This document shows positions 54,376 through 64,000 of a stretch of 64,000 nucleotides of DNA, one piece after another. This DNA comes from Octopus sinensis. Taxonomy: Eukaryota. The stretch lies in contig NC_043000.1 of NCBI RefSeq assembly GCF_006345805.1, positions 9,486,001 through 9,550,000 of the forward strand, given 5' to 3'. Below the pieces are notes generated by a model, which saw only the letters and a list, made by a program, of their open reading frames with translations, did not search any database and had not been told where the DNA came from. The translations under genes were made by a program, and so were the position numbers. Numbering within the stretch: the stretch's first letter is position 1; each line of letters opens with the position of its first letter.

Positions 54376-56520
54376 TAATAATAATAATAAAACATTGTGT
54401 ACAGTGCTCAGGTGCACTACAACTCATCTAAAGTGTATGTATAGTACATAGGGTAATGTACAAGCGTCAGGAAAAGAAACAGTGCATGAGTCATGACATA
54501 CACATATGTGTATGAGTATGGAAGGGGGACAATCAGGTGTAGTTTCAGCGGATTTCGGAAAGCATGAGGGCCTTAAAGGATGCAGTGTCATGGCAGTCGA
54601 CAACTGACGCAGGCAGTTTGTTCCATGCTTCAGCAACACTGAGTGTGAAAAAACGTTTCCGAAAGTCATGGGAGCTGTGCTGTTTTCTGACTTTGTAGGC
54701 ATGTCCACGTGTGTTAGACACATGGAGATCAAAAAGGTGTTCAGTGTTGTTGTTGGTGAGGTGGTTGATAACTTTGTGGGTGTTTACCAAGTCCATCGCC
54801 AGACGCCGGAGCTTCAGTGAATCCATGCCCAAGGAAACAAGGCGCTCAGAGTATGGTAGGTGTCTGATGGAGGGTATGCGTTTGGTTGCACGTCTCTGAA
54901 CAGATTCCAGGAGGTCAATGTTCTGAGCAAGATAGGGGTTCCAAACTGATGATGCGAAGTGTGGTCGTACCATAGCTGTATACAGCTTTAAATAGATGGC
55001 TGGAGAGCGGCTAACAATAGTCTTGCTGAGTGATGCCAAGACACCCTCAGCCTTCTTGACAATTTTAGAGATATGCTTTGTCCAACGCAAATCACTGCTG
55101 ACAGTGATGCCTAGGTCACGCTCGCAAGAGGATTTCTTGATATCAGTGTTGTGGAGGGAGTATGTGGACGCAGGGTTTTTTCTCCCAAAATGCATGGTGG
55201 TACACTTGTCCACAGCCAGTTTCAGTTGCCAGTCTGTGATCCATTGCTGCATTGTGTCCAGGTCTGATTGCAGGGAAGAGTTGTAGACATCAGGATCTGT
55301 CCTCTTGATTTCAAGGTACACCTTGATGTCATCTGCATATTTCAATACTGTGGCATTCTTTAAATTGGCATCTATGTCATTAATGTATGCCACAAACAAG
55401 AGGAGACCAAGAACAGATCCCTGTGGTACACCCGATGACATCTCATATGGTGTAGAGTGCTGTCCTAGAACTGTGACTACCTCCTTTCGGCTGAGAATGA
55501 AAGATTTCAACCAGTTAAAAAGGTCATCCCTCACACCCATTGCAGAGAGTTTCAGCATAAGCCTTTTGTGTGGCACAGAGTTGAAAGCCTTAGCAAAGTC
55601 AAGGTAGACAACATCCACCCATGAGCCACTGTCAGTGATCTGAGTAATGTCCTCAAGGAACTCGACAAGCTGATCACTGCAGCTGGAGTTAGGGACAAAT
55701 CCATATTGTGAGGGTCGGATGAGACTGTGAGAGCTCCAGAAGTTCCAAAGTGTTTCTCTGACACACAATTCCATCAGTTTTGCAATACAGCTAGTGAGAC
55801 TGACTGGGCGATAGTTGACAGGTGATGTGCGGTCACCCTTTTTGAACTGAGGAATGACACTAGCGGTTTTCCACTGCTCCGGAGTAGCACCATTATTGAG
55901 ACAGTACTGGAAAAAATTAGAAAGCTGGTGTAAAAGGAAGTACCTGCCACGTTTGAGAAGCAGGTATGTAACGCCATCAAGACCAGGGGAGGCATAGTTG
56001 CGCTTATTTTGAAGGTGACGTCGCAGCATTGCAGGTGTAAATTCCATAGTTGTTATTGAATTTGCTGTTAGAGATGGTGAAGATGGTACATTTTGATTTT
56101 CAACAGTGAATATGCTTGCATAGCACTCGGCAATGAGTTCTGCGCATTCCTTGGGATCGTCAGTGATCTGGCTTGTGTGAGGGTTGCAAAGAGGGCCCAC
56201 TGGAGAGTGAGGTCTCTGCTTCGAATGCACATATTTCCAGAAAACCTTGCTGTCAGGATTGGCTGCTATGCACTGTTCAAATTCAAGCACTGCTTTTTTT
56301 GTCACTTGCTTGAGATGGTTGGAAGATTTATTCCGCTTTTTCCTGTTGGTGTCTGATTTATGCAACTTGTATTCCCGTTCAGCAGTCCGACGTTCCTTCC
56401 TGGCAAGTCGGACTGCTGAAGTTTCTCAAATTGCACTTTTGGGACGGTTCTTATTTTTCTGTTTATGTGGCACTGATGCTGCACATGCTGCACATGCTGC
56501 CCATATTGAGTCCAGAATAC
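54331..56520 (-). mobile_element. 5'-truncated CR1/Jockey-like LINE with (TTA)n tail
   Basis: Contains the RT ORF, a short 3'UTR (54404-54544) and an (aat)n tract at 54331-54390 at its 3' end. Confidence 0.85.
54545..56365 (-). CDS. LINE ORF2 reverse-transcriptase portion (606 aa, endonuclease absent)
   Basis: SPGLDG, WKTASVIPQFKKGDRTSPVNYRPVSLTSCIAKLME, QYGF, YLDFAKAFNSVPH, SGVPQGSVLG, KYADD, ERDLGITV, LESVQRRATK. Confidence 0.85.
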   Translation of the reverse strand: MHKSDTNRKKRNKSSNHLKQVTKKAVLEFEQCIAANPDSKVFWKYVHSKQRPHSPVGPLCNPHTSQITDDPKECAELIAECYASIFTVENQNVPSSPSLTANSITTMEFTPAMLRRHLQNKRNYASPGLDGVTYLLLKRGRYFLLHQLSNFFQYCLNNGATPEQWKTASVIPQFKKGDRTSPVNYRPVSLTSCIAKLMELCVRETLWNFWSSHSLIRPSQYGFVPNSSCSDQLVEFLEDITQITDSGSWVDVVYLDFAKAFNSVPHKRLMLKLSAMGVRDDLFNWLKSFILSRKEVVTVLGQHSTPYEMSSGVPQGSVLGLLLFVAYINDIDANLKNATVLKYADDIKVYLEIKRTDPDVYNSSLQSDLDTMQQWITDWQLKLAVDKCTTMHFGRKNPASTYSLHNTDIKKSSCERDLGITVSSDLRWTKHISKIVKKAEGVLASLSKTIVSRSPAIYLKLYTAMVRPHFASSVWNPYLAQNIDLLESVQRRATKRIPSIRHLPYSERLVSLGMDSLKLRRLAMDLVNTHKVINHLTNNNTEHLFDLHVSNTRGHAYKVRKQHSSHDFRKRFFTLSVAEAWNKLPASVVDCHDTASFKALMLSEIR

Positions 56521-57103
56521 TCTGGAGTATATGTTGATGTGCCTTAATTCTTGTAACTCCTTTGATGTAAAATCGTTTGAAGTAAAAATATGTATACATA
56601 CACACACACACACACACACACAACATATTAAGCAATGTAGACTTTGAAGCATTATGCCTTGAAGAAAAGACAAGATCGGTATCGTTGAAAACTTAGGAAA
56701 GTATAGAAATTAATGCTAGAGAATAAGAGAAGGAACCAAAAATATTGAGAACTGTATTTGAGTTTCTTTGCCTGTAAAGAAAACAAAGAAAAAGAAAAAA
56801 TCTTTAATAATTGAACTTTGCATACAGAAATGAGTATCAGTCATAAAAGAAGCAAATACCTTGCAAATAGAATGAAAATATTTTTCTAGTCCACAATATT
56901 TTAGCAAAGAGCTCAATAAAAATTTAATGAATTCGTTTAATGATTTCATGATATAATGGAAAATAACGATGACTAAACCTAAATTTGTTTATTATGATGA
57001 TATTTACTTCTGTAATTTATCTTTCTCAACCTATGTTTTGCTAGGGAAAAAGTTCTCCATTCAAATACTTCTGCAGCATATTTATTGTGTCTTCTTTTTG
57101 TAG

Positions 57104-57208
57104 CTTTGCACCGAGTTATCACACATGGAAGTGAAGCATCACGTCATGCTGGCCGTGGCATCTTCTGGGAACTGCAATCAAGTAACGTGTATGTTCCATG
57201 TACCCCAG
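57104..57208 (+). CDS. ARM-repeat/TIR-domain protein, internal exon (end of last ARM repeat and linker)
   Basis: cttctttttgtag| acceptor and CAG|GTATGT donor; 105 bp, phase 1-1. Joins in frame to 20884 and gives (A)LHRVITHGSEASRHAGRGIFWELQSSNVYVPCTP. Confidence 0.82.
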
Positions 57209-57884
57209 GTATGTACTCAATTTATTTAGTTTAGACACACATGCATGCATTTAGTCATGGTAAACATTTAGATATCAACATATCTATTTATGTTTATTTC
57301 ACTCAATGTAGAGTGATGCCTCCACCCTGTAAGTAAATATTCCATTGTCATTCTTACATGTACTTTAAATTAATAGCCTTAGTTTTCCTCTGGATATTTG
57401 GAAATGACTAAGCTCATGCCACCATCTCTTAGCTTTTCTTGTCCAACTTCTCTCTCCTCCTCCTCCTCCTATTACCCTTATCATGTCCACCACCATCCAG
57501 GGCCTGCACTAATCATTGCAGCAAGTTTTTCCTTACCAGAGTGTTAACCTTCTGAAACGCCTTCCCTACTTACACCTTTCCTGCAGGTGTTCAGTTACAA
57601 ATGTTCAAGAGAAACATCAGTGGCATTATTGTCTCCACTCTAAGTGGGCCTGCAATAGCTATGAACAGTGCACCTTCTTCATAACCTCATTATCATCATC
57701 ACCATCATCATTTAATTCCATCTTCCATGCTGACATGGGCTGCATGGTTTGACCGAAGCTGGCAAGCCAGAGGACTGCACAAAGATCCACTGACTGTTTG
57801 GCATAGTTTCTATAGCTGGATGGCCTTCCTAACACCAACCACTTTATAAAGTGGACTAGCAAGCAAAATAGTTTGCTACAAACA

Positions 57885-57996
<112 letters not shown>

Positions 57997-59419
57997 TGTA
58001 TACACATGTTTATACATATAGATTTGTATGTGTATATATATCAGACTTACCAATCCTCAAGAGTTGTGAGAATTCAGAGCTAAAACATAAATAATAGAAC
58101 CAATCAAGTTAAGAACCTAAGTAGCAGAACCATAGAGTCAATAACATAGTAACAATTGAGTAGGCCAAAAAATTTTATTAAAAAGCAGCAAAGCTATCAC
58201 AAAAACTGTTACTCAGAGTTTCACATTCCCATTTGTTGGAATTTTAGAATGGAGCAAGATAAAGTTATATGCAGAAAATACAGTTTCTTTGATAGATACA
58301 CATTTGAAAATGGCTTTGTTTCAGTGGCCTTTTCAACTAATGGTCTTTTCAATAACCAGTTGCATGAAATAACAAATTGTGATATAAAATCATATAATAA
58401 TAAAAATCTAAGAAAATCTTAAATCAAAAATAGCTTATTAAGAGGGAAAAGGGCCTGAATACCCAGGGTAAATAATTAGCTGTAAAAATAATAATAAATT
58501 AAAAGATATATCCGTTTAAAAAATGTTCATGCTAGATTACATATAGATTTAGCAATTTATACACATATCAAACAATCTTTAATGTACATATATACACTAA
58601 GCATACAGACATAGGTACATGGCTACATACATATACAGACATATATAGGCAAAGCATAAATATATACAAATGCATATATATGTATGCACACACACACACA
58701 ATCGCACAAAATCTCCTGGTGTATGCTTATACGACTTAGTTGTTACAGGCAAAAGAAAGAAAAGGAAAAAAATCAGAGAATGACTAGGGGGGTGGGGAGA
58801 AAGAAAAAAGAAAAAGAAGAAAAAGAAACAGAAACAGAAAATTAGAGAGAGAAAGGGGAAAATAAATAGAGGTAGAGAAAGTGAAATGATGGCGTTGGAA
58901 TAAATACCTAACATAGGTTAGATACTTTGTTTAGCTTGCGGAACATACACATATAAAGCACATACATAAAATTACATGTATATCTACATAACTACAAACA
59001 TACATACAGATACACATACATATAGACACACATACAAATATACAAATAAATATGTACGCAAATACATACCCACATATATAAATGTATATACACATACACA
59101 CACACACATGTGTATATATGAGTGTGTATATATACACATACACACTCATATATGCATGTACACATGTATACATACATATACATGCATACACAAATATATA
59201 GAGACATATCTTAACATCAAGATAAATATATACATCATAACATATATAGGCAAACATTTTTAAAAAACTGTCTGGTATATATAATATTAAAATGTTAGAA
59301 TAAGGAAATTGCACAATAAATTGATATAACATAATTAAATGCGTAAGTGAAGCATAAAAATAAACCTTGTGAAGCTGTAAAACAGTCGAAGGTTTTCTTA
59401 AAAGTGAAGTCGAAATATG

Positions 59420-59830
59420 CACTAGCATTGTAATACAAAATAACTATAAGGTGTAAAGGTTGACATTTTAAAACTCGCGGCATGCCTGCAGGAATTTAAG
59501 AGCTCATGTCTCTGGTTCAAAGCATGTTTATCCTGTAACACGATAAAGAACTTTTCTGAGAGGCAAAGATTACATTTCATTGGTCTTTTATAAGCTCCAT
59601 GTCTGTACGATGATGCTTTTTCTAGAATTTCCCAGGTTATATTGGAAGGATGTGTATCATTCTCTTTCAATTCCGAGACATGTTTTGCATGACTAGTTGC
59701 TGTCCTATTCTCAGGGTATTGGAAAGAATTTTGGTGGGAATAGAATCGAGTCTTGTATGAATTTTCCGAAGCCTCTGTGTATGTTTTATACTCTTGTGAG
59801 CCATCTACTTGTCCAGCTATGATAAAATGT
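59420..59830 (-). mobile_element. Degenerate Penelope-like GIY-YIG endonuclease C-terminal fragment (third PLE family)
   Basis: TYTEASENSYKTRFYSHHQNSF..ITWEILEKASSY..KCNLCLSEKFFI..LNQRHELLNSCRH, which has the CxLCLxEK / LNxRxELxxxCRH signature. Confidence 0.72.
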
Positions 59831-60056
59831 TACATCGCTTGGAAATAAATGAGGGTTGGCAACAGGAAGGGCATTTGGCTGTTGAAAATTTGCGTAAATG
59901 AATTCCAACTGATCTATGCAAGTAGGGAAAATTGAACATTAGAATTATGATATTATATGTTTCTCACTCTCTTTCTTTCTCTCTCTTTTTCTCTGTCTCT
60001 TCATTTCACTTTTTCTCTCCCCTCTCTCTCTCTCTGCATGTATATATGTGCAGTTG

Positions 60057-60092
<36 letters not shown>

Positions 60093-62460
60093 TTGTGTTT
60101 TTATGCTTGTTTTCATTTTCACTTCTCTGAAAATCACTGAGCTACAAGCTGTGATGTTGTCACATCCTCTCTCTCTCAACAAATTATTTGCTGGATGGGT
60201 ACCTTGCTCAAAAAACCCTTACTCATATGGGAAAACAGACACAAACATCAAAGTGAACATCTACACATACACACACTCACACGAATACACACACATCAAT
60301 GCACACACACACAATTAATTATGTACACACACATCCACGTATGCAAATACATGTATACACACACAAACATATGCACAGAACCACACATATATGCACATAC
60401 CATCAAAATCTAAAGTCTTCACTATACTAAGCTAATCTTGTTTGTTGGCATGCCTCCAGTTATGCCTTGCCAATCTAGCCACGAAGACTTGATGTGAGAA
60501 GATGGAGAGATGGTGAGAAAGAAGGAGGAAGAAGTTGGCAAAAGGAATGATAGACAGATAGACTGATAAAAAGAGAAAGATGAGAATGTGTTAGCTGTCA
60601 CACAGCAAAATCATCAAAATATAAACAAACTCAAGACTTGCCAATAACCCTAATCCTTTACGTGGCTGTTCATCTTGCTAGAAATAGCAGCCAAATTTTT
60701 TAAAAATTACTTCGTACCATTTTTAGCAAAAAAAAAAAATGTGTAAGGGAGTTGTAGAAGTGGTGATAGTAGCATTGGTGGTGGTGGTGGTGGCGGTGGA
60801 GCCGGCGGCGGAGGAGGAGGAGGATTTCTACTGTTCAGCAGTGACAATTCAATTGTTTGCTCAACTGAATTTACTTGCTCCTGAATTATCATGTAGGTGA
60901 CCGAGTATTCCACAGACATGTGTTCTCTTAACTAATTCACAAGCAGAATCGTCAGTATGAGTCAGTGTGTGACTAGGCTGTACAGTCCGCCCTATCAGCT
61001 TCTATGCAGTTTTCATATACCCAGTTTCAGTCAGAAGGGATGGACTGACCCTAGGTTATAGAAAATATTTGCCTAAGATGCCACACATTGGAATTGAAGC
61101 AGAGCCCTCTTGGCTGCAAAGCAAACTACTTGATCATTTGGCCATACTGCACCTACACAACAGAGATGGATAAAAAATATAAAATAAAAGACAGCGTGGT
61201 CATGACTGGATCACTTTTGATCCTAGGTCTACTCAATCAGAGCTGACATGGGCTAAATAAAATGGTTCTTTCTTTTATATTTTTATCTTTTTGAGTGTTT
61301 TTGAGTAAGAAGAGTAAGGGCTGCACTTCTGACCCATGATGCATGACCCCTTTCATGGTTTTTGTGACTGGTAGTGGGAGGGAGGGAAGAATTTGTTCTC
61401 AGATGCAAGATCAGGGTCTCAACTACAAACACTTACAGCAGATTGGACTCCAGTAAATGCACAGAAGGGTTAAACCAGGTGACATGATTAAGTCTTGGAC
61501 TGGTTCCTGTGATATGCTTCAGCACAGTTTCCTTTTTTTCTACCAGTGATGCTATAAAGATGGAAAATATATTTACCTATATCTCTAGCAGAATATACTT
61601 ATATAGACTTGTCATTGGCACACCTCCAGTGGTCTCGCTAAACTTTTCAGCAAAACCTAATGAAGTGAAAGATAGAAAGATGGGCAGAGAGGAGGGAGAG
61701 AGAGGGGGAAAAGCGAGAGAATGTATATATACTAGCTTTTACGCATTACTATAATTCCATAACTGCAAGCAACCTACAATGAAACCACTGAAATATCTAC
61801 TACAACAGCCATTCAAGAAATAGCAGTCAAATCTCCCTGAAATCACACAATATCAGGAAATTTGACTTTAGGAAAGTTTGACTATATTGCAAGCATTTGC
61901 AGTTGGGGTCATGTTCTATGTTTGAAAATACGTCCTCCCTTTTCTTATCAGTCACAGAGTCCCTAAAAGAGGTCAGGGGTGATGGGTGTAACCCTTACTA
62001 CTACAACTGATCCATTTAAAGGCCTAATAATAATAATAACAATAATAATGATAATCTTTTCTACTATAGGCATAAGGCCTGAAATTTTGTGGGAGGAGGC
62101 TAGTGCATAACTAGCCCCAGTGTATAACTGGTGCCTATTTCATTGACACTCAAAGGATGAAAGGGAAAATCAACCTTGACAGTAGTTGATCTTAGAATGT
62201 AAAGATGGATGAAATGCTGCTAAGGACTTTTACCCAGCATGCTAACAATTCTGCCATTTCAGCTGATTGAGGACGCCTTGATGGCGGATTTGTTCTATTA
62301 AACCCTTCAAAGCAGTGCCCCAGCATGGCTGCTATCCATTGAGTGAAACAAGTAAAAGAAAATTTTAGTTTAGCCTTTGTAGAAAAAAATATTTGTATAT
62401 GGTACCATAATGTTGTTTTTTTTTAAATAATTTTTCTCATCTTTAAAAATTTTTTTTCAG

Positions 62461-62583
62461 ACAACTTGTCTATTCCTCATATTATGATTAGTTACCAATG
62501 GGATGTCCAACCAATAATGCTAAAGATCAAAGAAAAATTGGAATTGGCTGGCTACAAAGTGTGGATGGATGTGGAGCACATGA
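62461..62583 (+). CDS. ARM-repeat/TIR-domain protein, exon encoding the N-terminal part of a TIR_2-type domain
   Basis: ttttttttcag| acceptor and A|GTAAGT donor; 123 bp, phase 1-1. Reads (D)NLSIPHIMISYQWDVQPIMLKIKEKLELAGYKVWMDVEHM, with the TIR betaA (IMISY) and betaB (VWMD) motifs. Confidence 0.9.
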
Positions 62584-62614
62584 GTAAGTTCTGTGAAGTT
62601 ATTCATTAATATAT

Positions 62615-62719
<105 letters not shown>

Positions 62720-63122
62720 ATATGTATATAATATGTATATAATATGTATATATATATATGTGTGTGTACACATACAAAAAGGTTGACTCTCACTGCAGAT
62801 ATGATTACCTTTTTCTTATGACAGTGTCGGGGTTGCGTGACATAAAACTTGGAATCGATGAAGTCAGAGGAAAAAATTAAAATTTAAAAAAAACAAACAA
62901 CAAAAATAAACAAACAAAAAACTGAAAAAAAAAACTTCAGATCAACTGTCTTACAGTAAGTGTCATTAAATCTACAAGCATGGAATAAATCTGTCTTCAC
63001 ATGTGGCTTTGCCATCATTCACATGAATGCATAGATGTCACTGAAATCTCTATCAGATGTAGCTCTGTGTATCATCACTCTTTTAACAGTAACCATATAG
63101 CTTCTATGGACATAGTTTTGTA

Positions 63123-63180
<58 letters not shown>

Positions 63181-64000
63181 TGATATCACATCTCCATTCT
63201 GAATGTTATGTTAGTTTTAATACTTTTGAAGAAGCATTAAACCATATTAACAAATTAAAATAGTTTCTTAGAATCATGCCTGCTGACGTTTTCATGTATT
63301 TCAAAAAATAGAAAATTAGCATGATAAAAATCTCAGTAGTAAAGCCATCCATGTTATACCCACACACACATGTGCACACAAACACACACATACATTATGC
63401 CTTTCTTAAATGTACTTGGTAACTAGAAAATTTTAGATAGATACAAAATTAAATTTAGTATAGTACAGAATTCATTCTATTTTTTAAATTTCTACTCATT
63501 GAAATATCTTTTTTTAATATCATTCTTTCACTCTTTTTATCGTATTTGTATTTGGAAGAAAAAAAAAAAGCATGGAGAAGACTCTCTAGTCATGCAAAGG
63601 ACAGACAACTTCTTTAGTGCTGGTGCTATGATAAAATACACCAAATGTTCTGTAAAGTGGTTGGTAAGTAAAAAAGAGAGGCAATGTTGAGTGGAGAGGA
63701 TTCTTTGATCTTGCTAAAAACATGACAACCTCTCTTAGATTTTCAAAAACATTACTGACTTGAGAGATGAATAACAATAGTGCATAAAACCACCCCCACA
63801 CACACATCATCACCATCATCATTATTGTCATCATTATCATCATTGTCATCTCTAATAGTTTTTATTTCTTTCTATGTTGTTGATTAAAAAGAAAAGAGTA
63901 CTCAATACTAAGTTAGCAGAGTAAATATAAATATAGATTAGAGCTTCTTTGCCTTTGCTCTGAAGTTTTCTCTCGTCCTACATCAACATTATATCAAAAC

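Noticed and set aside
54331-54390. (AAT)n, (ATT)n and (TAGA/TAGG)n tracts as telomeric or functional repeats
   Set aside because: They are not TTAGGG. They are explained as a LINE tail or ordinary microsatellites.
54545-56365. LINE as an autonomous active element
   Set aside because: The endonuclease and 5' end are missing, there is an in-frame stop just upstream of the ORF, and a small deletion occurs in the RPH..ASSVW motif.

Overview
AT-rich eukaryotic genomic DNA, dense in microsatellites and SINEs. The repeat families look like those of octopus (coleoid cephalopod); this is recognition, not a database result. Nearly all short ORFs in the track are translated microsatellites. Real content: (1) A + strand spliced host gene with three in-phase exons visible (19853-20884, 57104-57208, 62461-62583). 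They encode ARM-like repeats, a linker and the start of a TIR_2-type domain, and the gene runs off the right edge. (2) Inside its 36-kb intron, an 18.3-kb tandem array (about 33099-51361) of 34 copies of a roughly 535-bp unit. Each unit carries, on the - strand, a type I hammerhead ribozyme fold with CUGAGGA and GAAA core, an ACAAUUGU palindromic helix III and a GUC cleavage triplet. This resembles a retrozyme or Penelope pLTR-derived satellite, and it abuts a Penelope GIY-YIG fragment. (3) An apparently intact 3.8-kb hAT transposon with TIRs, an 8-bp TSD and a 713-aa transposase. (4) Penelope-like fragments with fold-back inversions, CR1/Jockey-like and RTE LINE remnants, a Tc1/mariner remnant, a 1.28-kb tandem duplication and many SINEs.
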